DNA from: an uncultured Verrucomicrobiota bacterium
Lineage (GTDB): Bacteria; Verrucomicrobiota; Verrucomicrobiia; Limisphaerales; JAJXZI01
Assembly: GCA_903847485.1 (NCBI GenBank)
Contig: CAINDV010001020.1
Span: forward strand, 1 to 42,108
Length of the DNA: 42,108 bases
Direction of reading: 5' to 3'
The notes beneath the pieces are model-generated. The model was not told the DNA's origin, did no database searches, and worked only from the letters and a program-made list of their open reading frames with translations. Both the position numbers and the translations under genes were made by a program. Positions 1-9,900 of this stretch are shown piece after piece (within the stretch, counting starts at the first letter, position 1; each line of letters opens with the position of its first letter).

Positions 1-2
1 CC

Positions 3-629
3 AGTGCCAGCAAGGTCGCCAACGCTAACGAACCGTTCCACCCGGCATATTCCGGCACCCGGCATACTGCTACCTATGCCGTTCCCGGCATAGGCGTCAA
101 ACCACTGCTTGAGTTCCTGGCGATCACGGTTGCCGTCCACGATGAGGTTTAGCTCAATGTTGTTGCCAGCATTGCCGAGGCCGAGGCCGCGCACGGTGAA
201 GTTGGAACTGCCAAGGATGGCGTCTTCCACCCCAGCGGTGGCGACGTGATACATCTTTCCGTGAAGGAGGTTGGATTGCTTGATGGTTTTGATGTCCGCC
301 TTGCGCTCGATCCAGTCAGCGCATTCCCTGGCGACGCGCTTCTGCTGAAGCTTATTGGCAAGTTCCAAGCCGTCGGAATCAATGATGAAGGCCTTCTTCT
401 CAGTTTTACTCGGGTCGAGCCGGTTGACGAAGGACGGCTCGCCGAAGAGAAAGTCGAGGTGTTCGATGCAGTCTAATTCCACCTTGAGCGCGTCATAGGC
501 ATAGATGGTGAAGTAGGCCGAGACGATGGAAAGCTTCGATCCGTTCTGCGTTTTCGCCCGGAGGAAGTCGGCGACCGTTCCTCTGGTATGGTTGTCGCGC
601 AGGCCGGAGGTGTTAGTTGGCGTGGGCAT
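3..629 (-). CDS. Phospholipase D-like nuclease domain of the type found N-terminal in SNF2-helicase defence proteins; runs off the window edge, possibly truncated or chimeric near position 95
   Basis: Not in the ORF track because it is open at the edge. Hand translation from ATG 629: MPTPTNTSGLRDNHTRGTVADFLR...LSIVSAYFTIYAY...LLHGKMYHV...AILGSSNFTVRGLG...NIELNL...LKQWFD. HxK plus GSSNFT is the PLD signature. The sequence after KQWFD no longer looks like the family. Confidence 0.75.
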   Translation of the reverse strand, partial: MPTPTNTSGLRDNHTRGTVADFLRAKTQNGSKLSIVSAYFTIYAYDALKVELDCIEHLDFLFGEPSFVNRLDPSKTEKKAFIIDSDGLELANKLQQKRVARECADWIERKADIKTIKQSNLLHGKMYHVATAGVEDAILGSSNFTVRGLGLGNAGNNIELNLIVDGNRDRQELKQWFDAYAGNGIGSSMPGAGICRVERFVSVGDLAGT

Positions 630-685
630 TTAGTTGAGAGAGAAGTTTCCAGTGTTATTCGATGCTTTGGTGCGGCGGAGGGCAG

Positions 686-778
686 TGTTCATGCGGTCGG
701 GTTCGCCGGGGATGGCGGTGGCACAATTCCAAAGACAGGTGCCGCAGTGGACGCATTTCTAGCGGGCGAAGGCCGGCA
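686..778 (-). repeat. Degenerate second copy of the ETF-QO 3' end (93 bp, matches 1632-1724)
   Basis: Manual alignment to 1632-1724 gives 86/93 identity. It reads PAFAR*KCVHCGTCLWNCATAIPGEPDRMN, with an in-frame TAG. Confidence 0.95.
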
Positions 779-798
779 TAGTGAATTGACAATAGAAC

Positions 799-1236
799 TC
801 AAAGCAAAACTCCTGGTTCAACATTGAAACGTCGGGCCAAGGTGCGAATGTGATCCACTGTCAGGCGGCGCTCTCCGCGCAGAAGTTTTGGGCCGAGCGA
901 ACGGTCGCTGCCCAATATCCGCGAAAGATCGGCGGCGGATAGTTCATGTTGTTCGAGTAAGAACTTGAGGGTGTCCAGCGGTGTGCTTTGGGGCCACTTT
1001 ACCTGCTTTCGGTCGTAGGCTTCAATGAAGGAGCTGACCGCTTCCAAATAGTCTGTTTGGTCGGGATTGAGGCGATCCTCGAAGCCTAGAAGGGATTCAA
1101 TGGCATTACAGGCGGCAGCGTAGTCCGAATCGTCATGGAGCGGGCGTGGGACATAGTGCTGGCAAAGCCCTGTGTAATCCTTCGGCAAAGTCACGAAGGA
1201 TTTGGGGCCGGCGTCGGTGCGAATGGTTGTTTTCAT
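799..1236 (-). CDS. higA: HigA-family antitoxin (XRE HTH)
   Basis: PRPLHDDSDY...LEAVSSFIEAYD...PLDTLKFLLEQHELSAADLSRILG...LRGERRLTVDHIRTLARRF is a typical HigA layout. Overlaps higB by 4 bp. Confidence 0.9.
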   Translation of the reverse strand: MKTTIRTDAGPKSFVTLPKDYTGLCQHYVPRPLHDDSDYAAACNAIESLLGFEDRLNPDQTDYLEAVSSFIEAYDRKQVKWPQSTPLDTLKFLLEQHELSAADLSRILGSDRSLGPKLLRGERRLTVDHIRTLARRFNVEPGVLL

Positions 1237-1541
1237 AATTCATTCTTCCAGGTGTCTTGGCTGTATTCGGCATGGGTAAGAAATCGCAGGGCAAAGACCA
1301 TTCCCGTATTGAAATGGACGGCACATAGCAGACGAAACTCATTGCCGCCCACGTTGAACACCGCCACTTTACGCGCGCTTCTTACCGTGGCTAGGTCAGC
1401 GGACGGAAAGGTTTGGCGCATGTCCGCGAAGGAACCCCAACGGACGGGGCGCACTACTTTGACCCATTGGCGCATAGAGGAAGCCGCTCGCGCATGGTCG
1501 TTGGCCCACTGGCGGATGGTGCCTTCGGCGATGATTCGCAT
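1233..1541 (-). CDS. higB: HigB-family mRNA interferase toxin
   Basis: MRIIA...W..FADMRQTFPSAD...VFNVGGNEFRLLCAVHF....RFLTHAEY motifs. Toxin lies upstream of the antitoxin. Confidence 0.92.
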   Translation of the reverse strand: MRIIAEGTIRQWANDHARAASSMRQWVKVVRPVRWGSFADMRQTFPSADLATVRSARKVAVFNVGGNEFRLLCAVHFNTGMVFALRFLTHAEYSQDTWKNEL

Positions 1542-1584
1542 GGGGACAAATTGTCTTCGGCCAGCCTGGCAGTCAATTTGAAAC

Positions 1585-3513
1585 TCAATTCTCCGCCGAG
1601 TGCAATCCGCCGGTGCCGGCGCGGAAGGCGATGTTCATGCGGTCAGGTTCGCCGGGGATGGCGGTAGCACAATTCCAAAGACAGGCACCGCAATGGACGC
1701 ATTTCTCGCGGTCGAAGGCCGGCACGGGGCCTTCGCCGGGAGTTATGGCTTGTCCGCTACAAGCCTCGATGCAAACCTTGGTGCCGCACTGTTTGCATAA
1801 CTCCGGGTGGAGAAAGACGACATGGTCCGCATAGCCCGGCGGTGCCTGGACCTTACCGCCCATGAGCAAGGCGTCTTGATGGGAGACGAGTAACTGTCCA
1901 TCATAGGGAATCGCCGGCCAGCCGACCTTGTCCATCAGGGCACCGTGGAGTGAGACGCTCTTGGCGCGACATTCCTCGCGGAGGCGGGCGATCTCGTCGG
2001 GTGATATGCGGTCGCGGTAGTAGTCTTCGAGACTCGGAATGCGCTGCCAAGGCGGCACTGGCTCACTGCTTAGGTTGAGACGGCCGTCTGTCAGGCCCGC
2101 CAGTGCCATGCCGATCATGCCGCGGACGACGCCGTGTTGGAAGCCATCGCGTGATTTCTCGGCGGCAATGGCTTCGGCTTCGACCCAACTGGCGCGACGG
2201 AGTTGCACGTAGGTTTCGTCGAGATTTTGCTTGGTGAAAGGTTTCTTCGCTTTGAGCAATTCCAGGACGGCTTGGGCCAATTGAGCGCCGGTGGTCCAGG
2301 CTTCGTCCACGCCAGAGCCGGTGAGGACGTTGGTGCTGCCGCTACATTCGCCGATGCGGGCGTAACCGTCGCCGGTAAGATGCGGTTCGCCGCGGCGGCC
2401 GGATTCGCCGAGGGTCTTGGCACCCCAGGAGCGGAGCTTGCCGCCCTGGAGATATTGCCAGAGGTAGGGATGAAGCATCCAGTGTTGGAGATAGCGATAG
2501 GCGGTGCGCGCGGGGTTGTCGAACCACGACGGCACAAAGATGCCGAGCGACGCGACACGATCGGGGTGGACGTAGAGGAAGCCGAATATCTCTGGTTCGG
2601 GATAGCCAAAGGTGTGCAGCACTGTGCCCGGCTTGAGAGTCGTGTCTGCGGGCAAGTCCACCACGAACTTCATGCCGATGGCCCAATCGCGGGTGTGATG
2701 GCCTTCGGGCATACCGAAGTGGGCGTCCAATTGCTGGCCGATGGCACCGACGGGGCCATCCCCGATAACCGTGAGGGCAGCGCGGATGTCCATGCCGGGC
2801 GTGAAACCGTCGCCGGGGCGGCCTTGTTTGTCCACGCCTTGATCGAGCAGGCGGACGCCGACGACCTTTCGGCCATTAGTGGCACAGGCATCTTGCCTGT
2901 GCGTTGTTTCTGTAACACACAGGCAAGATGCCTGTGCCACTTCCTCGATCAACACTTCCGACACCGGCGTGCCGGGCCAGATTTGCACGGTGCCGGTGCC
3001 TTGCACTTGCGCGCCGACCCATTGCATGAACTGCCCCATAGAAAACACCAGTCCGCCGGTCTTATGGAGGAAACCCGGGGTCCAAGGTAACTCGACCGCA
3101 CTTTGCGAGCAGGGCAGCGCCCATTGCAGCAGCTTGACCATTTCATCCGCCGCGCCGAGGGCCATCGAACGGCGGCTGGCACCCACCGGGTCGAGCAGAT
3201 AGAGCACCTTCTCCTCACCGACGGGCGCGGACATGGGAATGCCGGCGTGGTCAAGGTCGGGGAAAGTGGCGCGCAAGCCGCGGGCTTTGGTGACGACGCC
3301 GGAGACGCCGAAGCCGATGTCATCGGCGCGCTCGTAACAGAGCACTTGCGGTGGCAGGCCGGGCATGACGGCGCTTTCGACGGCGGGGGTGCCGTCGGGA
3401 TTGACGAGTTGCTGGGACAGCGTGGCGAGGAAGCCTGCCGTCGCCGGCCCGAAGCCGACGCAGACGATGTCCACATCCATGCGCTGACGTTCTACGATGG
3501 GTTCGGTGCTCAT
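1585..3513 (-). CDS. Electron-transfer flavoprotein:quinone oxidoreductase (FixC-like FAD domain plus C-terminal 4Fe-4S FixX-like domain)
   Basis: N-terminal DIVCVGFGPA FAD motif, GDGYARIGE...GSGVDEA, and C-terminal CxxCxxxxC...CVHCGACLWNC...GGLHSAEN. Confidence 0.9.
   Translation of the reverse strand: MSTEPIVERQRMDVDIVCVGFGPATAGFLATLSQQLVNPDGTPAVESAVMPGLPPQVLCYERADDIGFGVSGVVTKARGLRATFPDLDHAGIPMSAPVGEEKVLYLLDPVGASRRSMALGAADEMVKLLQWALPCSQSAVELPWTPGFLHKTGGLVFSMGQFMQWVGAQVQGTGTVQIWPGTPVSEVLIEEVAQASCLCVTETTHRQDACATNGRKVVGVRLLDQGVDKQGRPGDGFTPGMDIRAALTVIGDGPVGAIGQQLDAHFGMPEGHHTRDWAIGMKFVVDLPADTTLKPGTVLHTFGYPEPEIFGFLYVHPDRVASLGIFVPSWFDNPARTAYRYLQHWMLHPYLWQYLQGGKLRSWGAKTLGESGRRGEPHLTGDGYARIGECSGSTNVLTGSGVDEAWTTGAQLAQAVLELLKAKKPFTKQNLDETYVQLRRASWVEAEAIAAEKSRDGFQHGVVRGMIGMALAGLTDGRLNLSSEPVPPWQRIPSLEDYYRDRISPDEIARLREECRAKSVSLHGALMDKVGWPAIPYDGQLLVSHQDALLMGGKVQAPPGYADHVVFLHPELCKQCGTKVCIEACSGQAITPGEGPVPAFDREKCVHCGACLWNCATAIPGEPDRMNIAFRAGTGGLHSAEN
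2878..2941. repeat. REP-type palindrome (perfect 24-bp inverted repeat) inside the ETF-QO reading frame
   Basis: AGTGGCACAGGCATCTTGCCTGTG (2878-2901) and CACAGGCAAGATGCCTGTGCCACT (2918-2941). Translates as VAQASCLCVTETTHRQDACAT. Confidence 0.93.
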
Positions 3514-3582
3514 TGAAATAACTAGGTGTTGCGGTCAAAGGGCGGCGAATGATTGCGTCACCGACAGTGTCTTGGCAAGCGC

Positions 3583-4833
3583 CTACTCTGGCGTCTTGGG
3601 AAGCGGTGCCAGCAGCGGGTCCAACGAGTGCCGGTGGATGCCGAAGAAGTCTTTGAAGCGCAGAATGCGCTCCCGGGCCGCAGTGTCGCGGAAAGGTTCA
3701 CCGACTTTCACCGCCGCCAGCATGAGATTTTTGGGCGTGTGCTCGGAGGCGACGAACTCAATCAACTTCACCCGGTAGCCGGCCCATTCCAGGAACAGCG
3801 CCCGCAAGCCATCGGTCGCCCATTCCGCCATGCGCTCCGCCATGAGGCCGTGGCGCAAGACCTCAGCCAGCGGTTGCGGTTGGCCGAGTTGCGGCCGCAC
3901 TTCCTGGTGACAACACGGAGCCACCACCAGCAAGCGCGCCCGCGCCTCGACGCCGCGCCGGAGGGCGTCGTCGGTGGCGGTGTTGCAGGCGTGCAAAGCG
4001 ATGAGAGCGTCCAGCAGCGGCAGCTCGGCGGAAGCAATATCGCCAGTCACAAAGGTCAAGCCCGCCGCGCCGATGCGTACCGCCACGGAGTTGGCTCCGG
4101 CGGTCAGTTCCGGGCGCGTCTCTACTCCAAGGACGCAGACTGGTCGCTGCCACACGCGGTGGAACAAGTGCCACGCGCCGAAGGTCAGATAACCTTTGCC
4201 ACAACCCATGTCGGCGACAGTGAGGAGCGGCGCGTCTGCGACCGCCGGAGCGCCGGCCCAGCCGCAATCGGCGGCGAGGTGCGCGAGAATTTCTAAGTAA
4301 CGACTGATCTGGTGATGCTTGTCTGCCATCGCGGGACGGATCCTGCCACTGACGTCGGCGATGCCCAGGCCTTCCAGCCAGTCGCGGGCGGAGGCGTCGA
4401 GGAAGGAATGCTTCGCCTCGTCGTGCGAACGCGGTGGGGCAGTCTTGGTCCCCGGGCGGTGAGTAACGAGGTGGACCTCACCGCGAGCGGGGATTCCCAA
4501 TTGCCAGTCCCGCCGGGTAGTGGCTAGGTGGGCGTTGCGGAAAGTGACGCCGAGTTGCGCCCGCACCCAGGCCAGCCCCTCGGTCAGCGGCAGATTACGC
4601 GTCACATCGCGCTGAGGCTGCCGGAACGTGAGCGAGAGGTGCGGCACAGCTTTGAGATCAATCAGGCGGATTAGGATTTTGCCGACGCTGGCCAGTTCGC
4701 CGGTGGCGGGCGCGACCGGGCTGGAAAGCGTGACCCGGACCAGCGAATCATCTGCGCAACTGGCGGCGAGTTGCGCGAGGAAACGTTCAACGGCAGAGGG
4801 TGTGGCACTCAGTGGCGCGACGATTTCGTTCAT
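3583..4833 (-). CDS. Class I SAM-dependent methyltransferase (Methyltransf_32-like)
   Basis: VADMGCGKGYLTF, ALHACNTATDDAL, VAPCCHQE and EHTPKNLM motifs. Start placed at MNEIVAP (4833) rather than the ORF-track start. Confidence 0.88.
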   Translation of the reverse strand: MNEIVAPLSATPSAVERFLAQLAASCADDSLVRVTLSSPVAPATGELASVGKILIRLIDLKAVPHLSLTFRQPQRDVTRNLPLTEGLAWVRAQLGVTFRNAHLATTRRDWQLGIPARGEVHLVTHRPGTKTAPPRSHDEAKHSFLDASARDWLEGLGIADVSGRIRPAMADKHHQISRYLEILAHLAADCGWAGAPAVADAPLLTVADMGCGKGYLTFGAWHLFHRVWQRPVCVLGVETRPELTAGANSVAVRIGAAGLTFVTGDIASAELPLLDALIALHACNTATDDALRRGVEARARLLVVAPCCHQEVRPQLGQPQPLAEVLRHGLMAERMAEWATDGLRALFLEWAGYRVKLIEFVASEHTPKNLMLAAVKVGEPFRDTAARERILRFKDFFGIHRHSLDPLLAPLPKTPE

Positions 4834-5081
4834 GGCAATAGTTTCATCGCACCGGCTGGAAGCGGCAAGCGCCAAGTCGGGGAACCGGCGATTTTGTTGC
4901 CCTTCCGAACACTTGGACAAGTATCCGAACAGCAGGGAGGGATGTCCAGATAGTGAGCTGACCCGGAGGTTAGCCTACAGTTCCGCCAGCCAGGGCAATG
5001 GATCGTAAGTCTGTTCAAGGGAGGCTCGCGGTTGACCGGCGGATGGTCTGCGGGGACGGGCGGGAGTTCAGCATAGGGGAA

Positions 5082-6953
5082 CTAACGCCTCGGTGTTTTC
5101 GTGCTTTTCGTCAGACCGTGAAGGGCTTTCTTGACGGACCAATCATTTCGCTGCAACGCACCCTCCGCAAGCTGGCGTGCCACACCGGTCAATTCCTGCA
5201 CGATACGAATGGCGCGGTCGCACAACTTGGCATTCGTGGGCCGCACCTCCACCATCAGGTTTTCGACCACCTTTCCCAACTGCACCATAGACAAGGTCGT
5301 CAAGATATTGAGCAGGAGTTTCGTGGCGGTGCCCGCCTTCAGTCGGGTGGAACCGGTTAGTATCTCCGGTCCTATGGCCGGCGCGATGACGAGTGTTGGC
5401 CGGGTTCCGCGTTTGAACACAAGGTTGGGATTGAAGCAGATAAGAATCGTGGTGGCACCTAACTCGCGCGCCGCGTGCAGCGCGCCCCAGACGAACGGAG
5501 TGCGTCCACTGGCGGCGATGCCCACCACCACATCTTTCCGGCAAACACCGCGGCGGCGCAGGGCCTGTGCGCCGTCGGCGACGTCGTCTTCCGCATCCTC
5601 CTGCGCGCCGTGCCAAGCCTGATCGCCCCCGGCCACAATGGCTTGAGTCATCTCCGGCGAGACACTGAACGTGGGCGGGCATTCATAGGCATCCAGTGCT
5701 CCCAGACGACCGCTCGTCCCGGCCCCGACATAGAACAGTCGGCCGCCGCTACGAAAGGCACGAACCGTGAGTAGAACCGCCTGACTGATTTTCTTTTGCT
5801 CGCGCAGGAGCACCGCCGGAATGGTGGCATCCTCACTGAGCATGAGGCGGATGGCCGCAGCGACTGACATCTGATCTAGCTTGCGCGAGAGCGGATGGCG
5901 CTGCTCCGTGGGCGAGAGACCCCTAGACTGGGGAATCAAATCGGCCGCCGCAGTTGGACGCGGCGTCACCTCGCATTCAGGAACAGCACAAGGTTGTTTC
6001 GCTGACTGATAAGAGGGCGCTTCACTCTGTTGCTGCGCCAGTTGCACCGCTCCCCAGGCACCCTCGCGGGCCAGCAATTTCACCACCGCCCCGGGCCAGT
6101 CGGCCCTAAGCCGGTTCCCCACCTGGCGAGCGAAGCCGGGTTGCTTCTGGAGGACACTGCCGGTGAGCACAAACTCAACTGGGCGGCCCTTCTGCGATAG
6201 GCGGCGCGCGCAGGCGATGGCGTTATGCGAAATCATCTCTACGGACTCAGCCAGAATTTCCAGCGCAATTCTGTCGCGCTCCGCCGCAGCCGCAAATAGC
6301 TCGACGGTCAGAGCGGCCAGCGCGGCTTTATCCGCCTCGCTGGCCCAGGCAATAAGTTGGTTCGGCGATTCTAACTCCAGCACGCGGAGGCATCGCTGGC
6401 CCAGTGCGGGCCAAGTGCCGGTTTCATCAAACGTCCGAAAAACGGCCTGCAGCGTGCGCAGAGCGATGTCATAGCCGCTGCCCCGGTCACCGAGTAGGTG
6501 TCCCCAGCCGCCAGTCAGCACTTTCCCGCCCTGCGCGCTTTGTCCGTAGCACGAGGCCCCGGTGCCACTGATGACAATGACGCGCACTATCTTGGCGGCG
6601 CTCGACTTGTCGCTCGCGGCCGCGAGGGCCGTCTCCAGATCGTTGCCCGCCCAGCACGGGACCGCTGGCCAGATGTGGGTCGCCGCAGCCCGAATACGCT
6701 CCCGGTCTTTCTCGTCCAGCGCCCCCGCCATGCCAATACCGAGCGCTGTCGGGAGCGGCGTCTGACGAGCAATGTTCTGTAGCAGACCGAGCAATTGAGC
6801 TTCACTCAGCAGCCGTAGGTTAGCCGGGGCATTCTCTTCTATCCGCTGCCGGCACTGGCCGTTGGCATCAGCGAGAATAGCCACGCTCTTAGTCGCACCA
6901 GCATCAATTCCGAGAAACAGCGGGATGGGGCGCGGCGTGAGTTTCGATGTCAT
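5082..6953 (-). CDS. murQ: Fusion of a BadF/N-acetylglucosamine-kinase-like ATPase and N-acetylmuramic acid 6-phosphate etherase
   Basis: N-terminal LGIDAGATKS...ISGTGAS...GGWGHLLGDRGSGY. C-terminal TEQRHP...GAGTSGRLGALDAYECPPTF...EDAED...GPEILTGSTRLKAGTATK...NAKL.DRA. Confidence 0.92.
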   Translation of the reverse strand: MTSKLTPRPIPLFLGIDAGATKSVAILADANGQCRQRIEENAPANLRLLSEAQLLGLLQNIARQTPLPTALGIGMAGALDEKDRERIRAAATHIWPAVPCWAGNDLETALAAASDKSSAAKIVRVIVISGTGASCYGQSAQGGKVLTGGWGHLLGDRGSGYDIALRTLQAVFRTFDETGTWPALGQRCLRVLELESPNQLIAWASEADKAALAALTVELFAAAAERDRIALEILAESVEMISHNAIACARRLSQKGRPVEFVLTGSVLQKQPGFARQVGNRLRADWPGAVVKLLAREGAWGAVQLAQQQSEAPSYQSAKQPCAVPECEVTPRPTAAADLIPQSRGLSPTEQRHPLSRKLDQMSVAAAIRLMLSEDATIPAVLLREQKKISQAVLLTVRAFRSGGRLFYVGAGTSGRLGALDAYECPPTFSVSPEMTQAIVAGGDQAWHGAQEDAEDDVADGAQALRRRGVCRKDVVVGIAASGRTPFVWGALHAARELGATTILICFNPNLVFKRGTRPTLVIAPAIGPEILTGSTRLKAGTATKLLLNILTTLSMVQLGKVVENLMVEVRPTNAKLCDRAIRIVQELTGVARQLAEGALQRNDWSVKKALHGLTKSTKTPRR

Positions 6954-6997
6954 GCGGGCAATGACTAAAGGGTAAATGCTCTTGCGGTGGTCTGTTG

Positions 6998-9900
6998 CTA
7001 CTTAGTCTCGTCCACGATGAGTTCGACGATGTGGACGGAAGGATTGGCGCTGTTCTTGAGCAGGTTAATGCGGACGTAGCGGGCGTCTGTCTTTGGAAAC
7101 TTCCCGGAGTAACCATTGGCCGTCGCGCGAATTTGATTTTCGGAAAAATCCAGCACCTTGTTCCAGTGCTGGCCGTCCACAGAGACCTCGGCGTTCCATT
7201 GGTAGTAACGACCGCCGTCCCAGTAAGTGATAACGTTGATGAAATTGATTGGTTGGACCTTTTCCAAATCCACCTGTAGCCACTGCGGCGCGGGGCCTCC
7301 GTCCCAGTAACTCTCCGCATTGTCGGCTTGGCCGTCCACGGCGACCTTGGGAGCTTGGCCGTTCGTTGGATCCGGTGATGGCCCGACAGTAACTGGCTTG
7401 CCCGTGGCAAGGTTAGGCCGCGAGGGAATCTTGCTGCGAAACCAACTGCCCACGAGATAGCCTTGCTGTCCACCTTGGCTATCAAAAAGTCCGGCGCGCA
7501 AATACACCGTTTTGTCCACGGTGATGGCCCCGACATAAGTCTGCCAATGTTCGTTGGGCAGGCTGTTGTCGAGAGTATATTTTAACGTCAGCCCTGGACG
7601 ATTAGGACGGAGTGTCAAGGTGAGCGGTTCGGTGAAGGTGTTCTCGTCGCCGACAAACTTGCTCTGCGCCTGAATAGTGACGGTATGCACGAGCTTCTCG
7701 AGCAGGGCATCCGTGTGCGCGAGCCGCGCTTTGAACTCGGCTAAGGTGCCGCCAGCCTGCGGATTCCAGGCGCGTTCGGCCACCAGCGCGAGCCGGTCCC
7801 GCAGACTCTGAATCTCGATGTTCTCAGGGTTTTCCCACGAACAAAGCTGCGTGCCCATCAGCTTCGCGGAGTCAGTAAGGGTGGTGTAATCGGTGGCACC
7901 TTCCCGGCCGAATTTCGGCAGCGCCCAGTCGAACAGGAACTCCAGCGACTTCTTGTTGTCGCGCACGATGTAGAGGGGTGTCCAGGTGGCATTGGCGACC
8001 GCATAGCCGCTCTTCACGATATCGTTCGGGTTACGGCCCTGCGACCACACCATGACCAGCGCGTCCTTCGGAAGCGGATAGGCGCCGCCGGTATTCCAGG
8101 CTTCTTCCCAGACGATGGTCTTCTTGCCGCGTTTCGCGACGACCGCGTGCAGATCAACGATGAATTTGCAATAGAGATCGTGGACGCTCTTGATGCCGAA
8201 CTTCGCCTGAGCCTCCTTGTATTCCGCCGTCTGATCCAGCCCGCCGAGGCCCACTTCGTCCGCGCCTAAGTGGATGTAGGGAGTGCTTTGGAAGACATCC
8301 ATCACCTCGTTCATCAGTACGGTGAGTGCTGCGAGGGTCTTGGGACTGGCGATGTTGACCGTCGAGCCGTTGCCGGGAAGTCCGAAGATGTCCTGGGCAT
8401 CGGCGATAAGTCGGCCGGAATGGCCGGGCAGGTCTATCTCCGGCACGAGATAGACGCCGCGTTCCTGCGCGAACCGCTCCAGCGCTTTCATCTCACCAAG
8501 AGTATAGGGCGTGATGTGCGACTTAGATGCCGGTTCGAAGCGGGCGAACTCCTGGTTGCTCTTGCCGAGGTGCGGAAACTTCGTGGACGGAAACATGAAT
8601 AACTGGTCGTCCGTTAGATGAAGGTGAAGGTAACGAATCTTGTACAGGCGGCACAACTCAATCACCTGCTTGATGCCGCCCGGCGAATGATACTTGCGGG
8701 CAAGGTCAATCAGCGCCCCGCGAAACGGATACGCCGGCTCATCCGCAATGTTCACCAGGGGCACGGTCAGTATGTCGTTCGCGACGCGTAACGCTTGCAA
8801 CAGTGTCACCGTGCCCGAAGCGACACTCTGGTAGCTACCTCCTTTCACGGTAGCCAAATCCTTCACTTCCAAAGTGTAGGCCTCGCCCTTCACGTCTGGA
8901 TCGAGTTGGAGCACTAAATCGCCCGGCTCACCTTTGCCTGAGCCAGTGGCCAGTCGGACGCCGGTGGTAAGAAAGATGTCGTCGGCGAGAACTTTTGCCA
9001 GCGGTGCCAGTTCTGTGCTGGTGGCAAGAATGCGGCTGCCTTTGGTCAAGGTAAGTGATCCTTGGCCCAGTGTCAGTCTTCTGGGCCACGGAACCAACTG
9101 CGGACTTCCTTCCGTCAGGGTAGTCTCCGGAGCAGTGTCCAAGGCTTGCCACACTAAAGTCACAGTGTCCGCCACCTCCTTCACCGTCAGTTCTCTCTTA
9201 TTCCAGTCAATCCTGCCCAAGGCCGCGCGAGTCTCCTTGGCAATCGGCAGCTTCCACTCTCCGGCAAACACCTGGCTAAGATCCTTTTGCGCCGCCACAC
9301 TGGCGCACAACAACCAATACCAGCACTGGTGCAACGCCCCCTCCTTGGTGCCGGGGTTGGAGGTGGGACAAGCGGCTAACTCGTGGAAGAACCGCTTTAC
9401 CCAGGCATCTCCGCCATTCTCGCGACGTAGCCGCAGCATGGCGGAGGCGTAACGCACCGGCTGGTCGGACGGTTCGATTACCTGCCCGCTCCGATCCTTG
9501 ATGCGGCTCACCTTTTCTCCCACCCCAGTGCTCATGGTAAACAGATCGAGGAAGGTCAGCCCGCTCGTGGAAAACAGTGGCTCCACTCCCTCGATCACCT
9601 TCCGTGTTTGTGCATCCGTATCTTCGTATTTCAGCGTGTCCATGCAGACATAGCGCATAAACACTGCAACCCCGGTGATATAGCACGAATGGCGGTCGCC
9701 GAAGGTGTAAAAGTTCCGTCCCATTTCGTAAAACACGTAATGCGGCATGGCTTGGGGGTGGGTTTTGAGTTCGGGATAATTGTGGTCGTAGAACATCGCC
9801 AGTTCAATCCCCGTGGCCCCGACATAGCCACAACCCGCCCCACAGGTCAGCTCGTATCGAGGGACGGCCGCGATGGTGACTTTGCCCTCGAATTGTCGCA

